A DNA stretch of 64,000 nt. It comes from Planctomycetota bacterium. GTDB taxonomy: Bacteria; Planctomycetota; UBA1135; UBA2386. Each line of letters begins with the position of its first letter. The first letter of the stretch is position 1. Below, one piece after another: positions 52,388 to 64,000 of the stretch. The notes under the pieces are model-generated. The model worked only from the letters and a program-made list of their open reading frames with translations. It was not told the DNA's origin and searched no databases. The translations under genes and the position numbers were made by a program. Location of the stretch: contig OZ245006.1 in NCBI GenBank assembly GCA_965223545.1, forward strand, positions 7,584,001-7,648,000, given 5' to 3'.

Positions 52388-52860
52388 CCCTCGGCCTCTG
52401 GACCGAGAGCTGCGGGCGGCGGTCCTGGTCGTGATGCGTGGATGCGCCGCTTGCGCTGAAGGTCGCGGAATCAAGAGCGCGCGTAGGAGTGCGCGTTTCG
52501 TCACGGAGTGGTGCGCACTCGCCTCAGCTCCGTCACCGTCGGCGGCGGTCGCACCCCGTGCCTCGTCTTGGACCGCTGTCGTCGGTGATGGTGGTGAGGC
52601 GAGCCTTCAGCTCTGGAGCTGGAGGTGGTGGGAGCTCTGGGGGCGCGCCTGCGCGGTCCCTCGGCCTCTGGATCGAGAGCTGCGGGCGGCGGTCCCGGTC
52701 GTGATGCGTGGGTGCGCCGCTTGCGCTGAAGGTCGCCGAATCAAGAGCGCGCGTAGGAGTGCGCGTTTCGTCACGGAGTGGTGCGCACTCGCCTCAGCTC
52801 CGTCACCGTCGGCGGCGGTCGCACCCCGTGCCTCGTCTTGGACCGCTGTCGTCGGTGATG
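52388..52860. repeat. 270-bp tandem repeat array, left part (unit 1 52388-52657; unit 2 52658-52860, interrupted by the intron)
   Basis: Near-identical direct repeats at exactly 270-bp period; each has a GTAG+hairpin and a 33-bp-arm hairpin; degenerate fragments extend back to about 52337. Confidence 0.95.
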
Positions 52861-54893
52861 TTGCGCCTGGCATGGGCGCAGAGTTGAAGATGAAAGTTCT
52901 TTATGGATCCGTACTGGAGGAAACCATGAGTCGAAGGCAGCTGCACGAGGCAGAAAGGGGAGCCGTGTGCCGTCCGAGAGGGCGGTGCGCGGTGTTGATC
53001 CGGGATGCCAGAACAGGACGGACACCGTGCCGTGCTGTTCCCGCGAGGTCGTGTGGGATGGAAGCCCTAGACGCAGCGCAGCACCGAGCGAAAGCGAAGT
53101 TCCGTAAGGCTCTCGAGGTCTGGGTCAGCGTGCCATCCAACGTGACGCCCGATATCCAGTCGCGACCTCGGAGTACTGGAACCGGCGGCGGCGCGAAACT
53201 CTGCGTTCTTACCCAGGGAGATCTCTGTGTGTCCGCTTCGAGCGGTAGGTGGGGAGGAGGCAACGACGACCCACCAAGGCATGCAGCGAAGTCGGATCAC
53301 CCCGTAGTAGTGATGAAGCCGGGTAATGCCGGTGGAGCGAAGGGGGTGACAGGATGAGAAAGCCGAAACCACGGCAACTGCAGTTCGCTTTCGCCGAGAG
53401 CCCGCAAGGGGACGGCGTGGCCGGAAGGGCAGACGAATCTGCCACGAAGTCCACGTCGGTGCCTACGACGGATTGCAGCCATCGATCGGAATCGGCTCCA
53501 CCGCCAGCGGACGGCTACTGCCATCTGCTGGAGCTGGTCGCGGAGCAGGGCAACCTGCGAAGCGCACTGGCACATGTCGTAAGCAAGAAGGGCGCCCCGG
53601 GCGTCGACGGACAGACGGTGTCAGAGGTCAAGCGTCATGCGAAACACCTGCTCCCGAAACTCCGCGATGCTCTGCTCATGGAGACCTACGCGCCCGGCGA
53701 TATTCGTCGGGTGTGGATCCCGAAGCCCAGTGGTGGGCAGCGGGGTCTCGGGATTCCAACCGTGATCGACCGCTGGGTCCAACAGGCCGTGCGCCAGATT
53801 CTGGAGCCGATCTACGACCCGACGTTCCACGACAGCAGCCACGGCTTCCGGCCGAGGCGGGGAGCCCACACAGCGATCGCCGAAGCAGCGGGTTACGTGA
53901 AGCAGGGTCGGCGGTACACGGTGGACATCGATTTGGAGAAGTTCTTCGACCGTGTCCATCACCAACGCCTCCTGGACCGGCTGGCTCAGAAGGTGAAGGA
54001 CCGTCGGGTGCTGCGGATCATCCGCCTGATGCTGAAAGCGAACGTGGTTCTTCCAGATGGCACCCGCGTCATCACGGAAGAAGGAACGCCCCAGGGCGGC
54101 CCGCTATCACCTCTGCTGTCCAACATCGTCCTGGACGAACTGGACTGGGAGTTGGAACGACGCGGGTTGCGTTTTGTGCGCTACGCCGACGACTGCAATA
54201 TCTACGTCGGTAGCGAGCGCTCAGGACACCGGGTCATGGCTTCGATTCGCAGGTTCATCGAACGTCGCGTGCGACTGAAAGTGAACGAAGCGAAGAGTTC
54301 CGTCGACCTGGCCCATCGCCGGCACTTCCTCGGGTTTCGCGTAGGCGCAACTCGAAAGGGCTGGCTGACGGTGCAGTTGTCCCGTCGCACTCTGGATCGC
54401 ATCGACGCCCGAATCCGTGAGCTTACGCCGCGGTCCTGGGGTGGTCGGCTGTCCTGGTGCATCGAACGACTGAACCGTTACCTCCGTGGTTGGATCGGCT
54501 ACTTCAAGCTGATCACGAAGGCCGCGTGGCGGACCTTGCGGAATCTCGATGGCCATATTCGACGACGCCTGCGGGCGATCATCATTCGGCAGAAGAAGAG
54601 ACCGCGATACCTCTTCCGAGACCTTGTCGCCCGTGGGTGCAGCTGGCAGTCGGCTGCACGCACCGCGTTTGGCCGGCGTGGCACGTGGTGGCAGAGCAAC
54701 TCGGGAGCGATCAAACGCGCTTATCCCAATCAGTGGTTTGCTGAGCGGCTGGTGTCGCTTTCCAAGCTCTGGGACGAGCGCCGTTACGACTGGCGGCCCC
54801 TTTGGGGGATACCGTCCTGAAGAGCCGGATGTGTGACCCACAAGTCCGGTTCTGTGAGAGCTGCGGGGGGGCAACCCCCCGCGGCTACTCGGC
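52861..54893 (+). mobile_element. Group II intron, IIC-like, full length (2033 nt)
   Basis: 5' TTGCGCCTGGCATGGGCGCA; DV GAGCCGGATGTG-TGACC-CACAAGTCCGGTTC; DVI with bulged A at 54887, 7 nt from the end; removal exactly restores the repeat GTGATG|GTGGTG. Confidence 0.95.
53354..54820 (+). CDS. ltrA: Group II intron reverse transcriptase/maturase without endonuclease domain
   Basis: KGAPGVDG, IPKPSGGQRGLGIPTVIDR, SHGFRP, DIDLEKFFDRV, GTPQGGPLSPLLSNI, RYADD, FLGF, X domain LNRYLRGWIGYF. Confidence 0.97.
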   Translation: MRKPKPRQLQFAFAESPQGDGVAGRADESATKSTSVPTTDCSHRSESAPPPADGYCHLLELVAEQGNLRSALAHVVSKKGAPGVDGQTVSEVKRHAKHLLPKLRDALLMETYAPGDIRRVWIPKPSGGQRGLGIPTVIDRWVQQAVRQILEPIYDPTFHDSSHGFRPRRGAHTAIAEAAGYVKQGRRYTVDIDLEKFFDRVHHQRLLDRLAQKVKDRRVLRIIRLMLKANVVLPDGTRVITEEGTPQGGPLSPLLSNIVLDELDWELERRGLRFVRYADDCNIYVGSERSGHRVMASIRRFIERRVRLKVNEAKSSVDLAHRRHFLGFRVGATRKGWLTVQLSRRTLDRIDARIRELTPRSWGGRLSWCIERLNRYLRGWIGYFKLITKAAWRTLRNLDGHIRRRLRAIIIRQKKRPRYLFRDLVARGCSWQSAARTAFGRRGTWWQSNSGAIKRAYPNQWFAERLVSLSKLWDERRYDWRPLWGIPS

Positions 54894-55198
54894 GTGGTGA
54901 GGCGAGCCTTCAGCTCTGGAGTTGGAGGTGGTGGGAGCTCTGGCGGCACGCCTGCGCGGTCCCTCGGCCTCTGGATCGAGAGCTGCGGGGGCCTCCCGCA
55001 GCTCCATCACCATCAGCGCCGGTCCAAGACGAGGCACAGGGTGCGACCGACGCCGATGGTGACGGAGCTGCGGGCGGCGGTCCCGGTCGTGATGCGTGGA
55101 TGCGCCGCTTGCGCTGAAGGTCGCCGAATCAAGAGCGCGCGTAGGAGTGCGCGTTTCGTCACGGAGTGGTGCGCACTCGCCTCAGCTCCGTCACCGTC
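54894..55198. repeat. Repeat array, right part (end of unit 2 54894-54960; unit 3 54961-55198, truncated, with an 85-bp insert holding an inverted hairpin copy)
   Basis: Direct alignment to unit 1; GAGCTGCGGG duplicated at 54980-54989 and 55065-55074. Confidence 0.93.
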
Positions 55199-55230
55199 AG
55201 CGAGTGCCCAAGATTACTTTGTGCGGGTTC

Positions 55231-55259
55231 TTGCATCTCCACGACCATTCTAGTAAGGT
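55231..55259 (+). promoter_or_regulatory. Candidate sigma70 promoter of the Y1 transposase (very short leader)
   Basis: TTGCAT-N17-TAAGGT in an AT-rich patch, 11 nt before ATG 55271. Confidence 0.55.
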
Positions 55260-55270
55260 CGCTAATTCAA

Positions 55271-55969
55271 ATGACGAGCAAGACGGTTCATGCGCGGCGC
55301 GGGGGACGGCGCCGTGGGGCGGGGCAGGGCGAGCTGCCGTTTCGGCAGTGGGGTGGGGCTCGGGAGGGGGCTGGTCGTCCCAAGGTGAGTGATGAGACGG
55401 TGCCGCACTTGGCGCGGGGGGCGTTGGTGGCGCGGTATCCCTTGCACTTGACGGTGCGGTTGTGCCGGGGGTTGCCCGGTTTGCGCAATGCGCGGACGTA
55501 CTGGATGTTGGTGGAGCGGATCCGGGCGGGGTGTGGGCGGTTCGGGTTTCGGTTGGTGGAGTTCTCGGTGCAGCGCGATCACTTGCACCTCTTGGTGGAG
55601 GCGAAGGACCGGGAGGCGTTGACGCGGGGGATGACCGGGCTGTTGGTGCGGATGGCGCGGGGGTTGAACAAGCTTTGGGGGCGCTCGGGGCGGGTGTTTG
55701 CCGAGCGGTTTCACGAGCGGGTGCTGCGCTCGCCGACGGAGGTGCGGCGGGCGTTGGTGTATGTGCTGCAGAACGCTTGGCATCACCGGCAGCGGCCGCG
55801 GCAGCCGATCGACGTCTACTCGTCGGGGCCGTGGTTTGACGGGTGGCGCGAGGAAGTGGAGCTATCGGAGCCGGTGATGCGGCCGACGGTGCGGCCGCGG
55901 ACGTGGCTGCTGAAGGGGGGGTGGCGGCGGTCGCGGGGGCGGTTGGACTTCCGCGAGCGGCCCGCGTGA
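55271..55969 (+). CDS. HUH/Y1 tyrosine transposase, RAYT/TnpA-REP-like
   Basis: HLTVR, SVQRDHLHLLVEA (HUH), GRVFAERFH, YVLQNA (catalytic Tyr), YSS; no tnpB partner; adjacent hairpin repeats. Confidence 0.88.
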   Translation: MTSKTVHARRGGRRRGAGQGELPFRQWGGAREGAGRPKVSDETVPHLARGALVARYPLHLTVRLCRGLPGLRNARTYWMLVERIRAGCGRFGFRLVEFSVQRDHLHLLVEAKDREALTRGMTGLLVRMARGLNKLWGRSGRVFAERFHERVLRSPTEVRRALVYVLQNAWHHRQRPRQPIDVYSSGPWFDGWREEVELSEPVMRPTVRPRTWLLKGGWRRSRGRLDFRERPA

Positions 55970-56019
55970 GCCGTCGGACCTGGCGGTGGTCGAATGCGAC
56001 GAGATCGCCGGTCGCGGCG

Positions 56020-56050
56020 TCGGATTCTGCCCTCGGATTCTGCCCTCGGA
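56020..56050. repeat. 13-bp tandem duplication downstream of the Y1 transposase
   Basis: TCGGATTCTGCCC twice plus TCGGA. Confidence 0.8.
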
Positions 56051-56201
56051 ATTGCCGAAGACACCGAGTGTCCGCCATTTGGGTCATCTTGGGCGATAAT
56101 CGCGACGGCCGGCTTCGCGCCGTTCCGATGCCTGTCCGCGGCCATCCCATGCGACCCCGACACGCGCCCAACACCCACTCCGCAGCGCGGCTTGCAGCCC
56201 G

Positions 56202-60385
<4,184 letters not shown>

Positions 60386-60389
<4 letters not shown>

Positions 60390-61492
60390 GGACGGCGATG
60401 CTCGGCATGCGTCGTGCGGTCCGCGGGCTCGTCTTGGCGCTCGCCCTGGGCGCGGTCGCGGGCTGCCGCAGCGCGGGGCCGGCGGACCTGGCCGATCTCG
60501 CGGCGCAGCCGCCGCTGCCGTACTCGGTGCTGGTCAGTGGAGGTGCCTTCGTCGATTCGGCCTCGGTGTCGGATCCGGCGCCGTGGCTGGCACGCACCTA
60601 CCGGCCGCAGGGCGAAGGCGACGAGGTGCTCTCGCTGGAGGAGTTGATCGGTGTGCTGCGACGCGGCCGCGTGTTCGTGCAGGCGGACCAGCACCGCGCC
60701 GGCCGCGCCGTGCGCCAGCGGCTGGCCGCGCTCGCCGGACCCGTGCCGCTGCGCGACAGCGAGCTGCAAGCGGTGCTGGAGCAGGCCCGCCGCGCCGGCT
60801 ATGACCTGCTGTTGGTGGTCGAGCGGCTGCGCGACGGACCGGTGGAGGCGCGCGGCGTCAACGGTCAGTGGCCGATCACGCTGTCGGTGTGGCTGCTGAT
60901 CGGGCTCGGCATGGTGATTCCGGACCATACCTATGAGTCCCGCGCCCAGCTGCACGTGACCCTGCGCGAAGTGCAGACCGGACGCCAGCTGTACAGCGGC
61001 TTGGCCGACGGCGGTGCCGTCGACCTGGCGCTGGTCGAGCGCACCGATTGGTTGGGTCTGCTGCAGTCGGTCGTGGTGCCGCCGTTCTGGGTCGGGGACG
61101 ATCCCGCCGCGGTCGAGGCCGAGGTGCGCGCAGCGGCGTCCAGCCGGCTGCTGGAGTCGATGGCGCGCGAGCTCAAGTCCGCCGACGTGCAGACTCGCGT
61201 CGAGCAGCAGCTGCCCGCCCAGGTGCGCTTGTCGCTCGCCGACGGAGGGGTGACCGTGGTCGTCGATTCGCGCGAGCGGCTGGCGGCGGTCCGCTTGCGG
61301 CGCGACTCGGTTCCGCAGGACGACCCGGGTGCCGCGGCGTTCGAGCGGCAGCTGCTCGCTTCCGAAGTCGAGGACGCGGCGGTCTATCGATACCGAGCCT
61401 CGTTGCCGCGGCCGGCCGGCACGCGCTTTCTTCAGGTCCTCGTGCAAACCGTGACCGCGCAAGCCGCATCGGCGACGCTCTCGATGCAATGA
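60386..61492 (+). CDS. Hypothetical lipoprotein
   Basis: ATGA overlap with the kinase; lipobox AVAGC. Confidence 0.75.
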
Positions 61493-61514
61493 AGAAACCC
61501 GAGTCCTGTACGCG

Positions 61515-62405
61515 ATGAGGGTGCCGGCGCGATTCGCGGTGGGGGCGGCGACCCACACCGGGCGGGTGCGTCGCACCAACGAGGACGACTTCATCCTGCT
61601 GATGCCGGTGGAGAGCGACACCGGCATCGCGGCGGTCGCCGATGGAATGGGCGGCAGCACCGGCGGCGCGGAGGCGAGCCGGACGGCGATTCGCGCGCTG
61701 TGCGAAGTCTTCATGGCGGCGCCGAGCAACGGTGCGGCGCTCGGCGATTCGATGCGCCAGGGCTTCGCGGCGGCGTGTCAGCGCGTGTTCCAGACTTCGC
61801 TGGAGAGCCCGTCGCTGCGCGGCATGGGCACGACGTTGACCGCGGTGGCGGTGGCGGGCGACGAGGTCGCGTTGGGACACATTGGAGACTCGCGCTGCTA
61901 CCGCCTGCGCGACGGCGTTCTCGAGCAGCTGACCACCGACCACGTGGTCGCCGGAGACAGCCAACTGACGCGCTGCGTCGGCGGCGGCAAGGGCGTCGAG
62001 CAGGCCGATGTGCGGGTGGTGGCCGTGCGCGCCGGGGACCGCTTCCTGTTGGCCACCGACGGCCTGTGGAGCGCTCTGCACCTCGAGGAGCTGTCGCGCG
62101 CGATCACGGCGCAGGCGCCGCAGCCGGCCGCCGAGGAGCTCGTGGCCACGGCGCATGCTCGTGGCGGTCGCGACAACTGCACCGCGGTGATCGTCTCGGT
62201 CGGCACGCCGACCGCCGCCGTCACCGAGGTGGCGCTGCCCGCCGAGGAGGTCCATTTGTCGCCAGCGCTGGCGGTACGCCGCGGCCTCCGGCGGGTGCGG
62301 TGGCCGTACTGGACGCTGGTGGTCAGCCTGCTGCTACTGGCCCTGGCGGTGGCCAAGGCGCGCTATGGCGTGGATCTACTCCGCGCGCTGTCGGGTGGTG
62401 AGTGA
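61515..62405 (+). CDS. PP2C-family Ser/Thr phosphatase with C-terminal TM helix
   Basis: GRVRRTNED, VADGMGG, GMGTT, HIGDSRCY, LLATDGL, GGRDNCT. Confidence 0.95.
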   Translation: MRVPARFAVGAATHTGRVRRTNEDDFILLMPVESDTGIAAVADGMGGSTGGAEASRTAIRALCEVFMAAPSNGAALGDSMRQGFAAACQRVFQTSLESPSLRGMGTTLTAVAVAGDEVALGHIGDSRCYRLRDGVLEQLTTDHVVAGDSQLTRCVGGGKGVEQADVRVVAVRAGDRFLLATDGLWSALHLEELSRAITAQAPQPAAEELVATAHARGGRDNCTAVIVSVGTPTAAVTEVALPAEEVHLSPALAVRRGLRRVRWPYWTLVVSLLLLALAVAKARYGVDLLRALSGGE

Positions 62406-62432
62406 TCGGACGCTCCCGCTCGTGGGTTCGAT

Positions 62433-63681
62433 CAGAACTGCAGCCCTTCCGTGGGCCTGGCTAGCTGAGAGACGCTGACCGAGACGTAACCGGAGCCCTC
62501 TTCCGAGTCACAGGAAGTGACGCAGGGCCAACTGCGCAAACGGTGCCCTTTTGGTCCCCCCCGCGTTGTGTCTCGGAGGTCGCCGATGTTCGTTCCCCCG
62601 CGTTGCCCCAACTCAGCTTGCCCGCACAACCGCAGCCCGCGGCCCGGCTTCTTCGTATGCCGTGGCTACTACTACCCCAAGTGCCGCGCCCAAGGCGTGC
62701 CGCGCTTCCGCTGCCGCCATTGCCGGCAGGGCTTCTCGCGGCAGACGTTCCGCATGGATTACCGCGACCACAAGCCCGACCGCAACGCCTGGATCGTCAT
62801 GTTGCTCTGCTCTGGCCTGGGCCTGCGACAGACCGCACGCCTGGCCGGGCTCACGGCGCGCAACACCGAGATGAAGTTCCGCAAGATCGGTCGTCACGTC
62901 CGCCGCCTGAACAACAACTTACGAGGCGACCTCCCGGTGGGCTCGAGCTTGCAGTTCGACGAACTCGAGAGCTACGAGGGCCGCCGCAACACGCGGCCCC
63001 TGACGCTGCCTGTCCTGATCGAGCGCGGGAGCCGCTTCATCCTCGCAGCGCGGTCGGCCCCGATCCGCCCCGGTGGCCCCAAACCGGCTGCGCGCCGGCG
63101 AGCGATAGAGGCCGACGCGCGGCGGTTTGGCCGGCGGCCGTCGCGGTCGCGCGCGGCAACGCGCAATGCGCTGTGCCGGGGCGCGCGCGCTTGCACTCGG
63201 TTGACCACCGTGTTGCTCGAAACGGACGAGAAAACGACCTACTCAGGACTCGCGAGGGGCATTTTCGGCGCGCGGCTCGAGCACCGGCGAACACCGAGCA
63301 CGCTGCCGCGCGAGACCTGGAACCCGCTGTTCGCGATCAACCATACCGAGGCAATGGCGCGCGACCTCAACGGTCGTCTGCGGCGCGAGTCCTGGCTGGT
63401 CAGCAAGAAGCGCTGTTTCCTCAACCTGCAGCTGCACATCTACATCGCGTACCGCAACTTCACGCGACCGCGCTTCAACTTCGACCGAGACACGCCGGCG
63501 ATGCTGGTTGGCTGGCTGCCCCAGAAGTTGCGGCTGAACCAGGTGCTATCCTGGCGCCAGGACTGGGGCACGCGCAGCGGCCATCCGCTGGATCGAAACG
63601 CAAGACCGATCGAGAACTTCCTGAAGAGCTCTGCCTGACTTTCTTGCGGCCGTGCCGGACCACGGAAGGGCTGCAGTTCGG
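62433..63681 (+). mobile_element. IS1/IS1595-like insertion sequence, complete (ends +/-2 bp)
   Basis: Perfect 20-bp IR GAACTGCAGCCCTTCCGTGG (62435-62454 / 63660-63679); flanking direct repeat GTTCGAT (62426-62432 / 63682-63688). Confidence 0.85.
62586..63638 (+). CDS. IS1-like transposase (Zn finger, HTH, DD-type catalytic domain)
   Basis: CPNSAC...RFRCRHC; GLGLRQTARLAG; QFDELE, LETDEK, RLRRES..SKK, TPAM; GGAGG RBS. Confidence 0.8.
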   Translation: MFVPPRCPNSACPHNRSPRPGFFVCRGYYYPKCRAQGVPRFRCRHCRQGFSRQTFRMDYRDHKPDRNAWIVMLLCSGLGLRQTARLAGLTARNTEMKFRKIGRHVRRLNNNLRGDLPVGSSLQFDELESYEGRRNTRPLTLPVLIERGSRFILAARSAPIRPGGPKPAARRRAIEADARRFGRRPSRSRAATRNALCRGARACTRLTTVLLETDEKTTYSGLARGIFGARLEHRRTPSTLPRETWNPLFAINHTEAMARDLNGRLRRESWLVSKKRCFLNLQLHIYIAYRNFTRPRFNFDRDTPAMLVGWLPQKLRLNQVLSWRQDWGTRSGHPLDRNARPIENFLKSSA

Positions 63682-63832
63682 GTTCGATGGATTCCTCATC
63701 TGCTGAGCAACTTCGGGCTGGTCGGAGCTAAACGGCATTGCGGGAGGTCCTCCCCCTTGATCCCCATCCGCCGACCCGGTTCGCTCTGCGCTCCGGCCGT
63801 CCCCCGCCTGGCGCGCTGCCTCGAGATCACTC

Positions 63833-64000
63833 ATGCCAAAGAAGCTCCAACGCCAAGTCAGCGTTGCCAAGGCCAAGCCCGCGGCAAAGGCGCGCGGTGG
63901 CCCCGGCGAAGGCTCCACGCTGCGCTCGATCGGCGCGATCGGCGGCCGCCGTGTCACGCCCAAGGTGCTGACCGAGTTCACCTCGCAGCTGGCGGTGTTG
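63833..64000 (+). CDS. Type II secretion / type IV pilus platform protein (GspF/PilC family), N-terminus only
   Basis: Open frame ending RVTPKVLTEFTSQLAVL at the window edge, resembling the family's K.L..FTRQLA.L start. Confidence 0.6.
   Translation, partial: MPKKLQRQVSVAKAKPAAKARGGPGEGSTLRSIGAIGGRRVTPKVLTEFTSQLAVL

Noticed and set aside
52518..52603. Long hairpin as an integron attC site
   Set aside because: No RYYYAAC...GTTRRRY boxes, no cassette ORFs between units and no integrase
52365..53357. 330-aa ORF spanning the repeats and the intron 5' region
   Set aside because: Translation merely mirrors the DNA repeat and crosses structured intron RNA; no protein-like features
54857..54870. 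GAGAGCTGCGGG shared between intron domain VI and the repeat unit
   Set aside because: Short GC-rich match explained by the DVI stem; cannot be separated from chance
52337..55198. Repeat array as a CRISPR array
   Set aside because: Units are 270 bp and identical throughout, with no unique spacers and no cas genes in the window
55271..55969. IS200/IS605 element with tnpB
   Set aside because: No tnpB or iscB ORF adjacent; the protein is longer than typical IS200 TnpA

Overview
High-GC bacterial chromosomal window, probably from an uncultured Planctomycetota-like lineage (inferred from gene repertoire and secreted-protein style; not verified). Core blocks are pfkB-recA-alaS, rpmF-plsX-fabH-fabG-acpP-fabF, ROK-ddl-two LapB-like genes-tRNA-Leu(CAA), ispA-dxs-nadK, and a Ser/Thr kinase-lipoprotein-PP2C operon before a pilC-like gene cut by the window end. 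Between them lie many secreted or lipoprotein hypotheticals and four mobile elements. The most notable observations are: (1) an intact IS110 whose 5' non-coding end carries two parallel loops matching its own target flank and its own right end, a bridge-RNA signature; (2) a 270-bp tandem array of strand-specific hairpins with GTAG-REP-like motifs next to an HUH/Y1 (RAYT-like) transposase, one hairpin being split precisely by a IIC-like group II intron with non-canonical UUGCG...GC ends; (3) a shared bipartite motif upstream of an ECF sigma gene and of the neighbouring secreted-protein operon; (4) a complete IS1-like element with 20-bp perfect inverted repeats. All calls come from reading the sequence by eye; no database searches were run.
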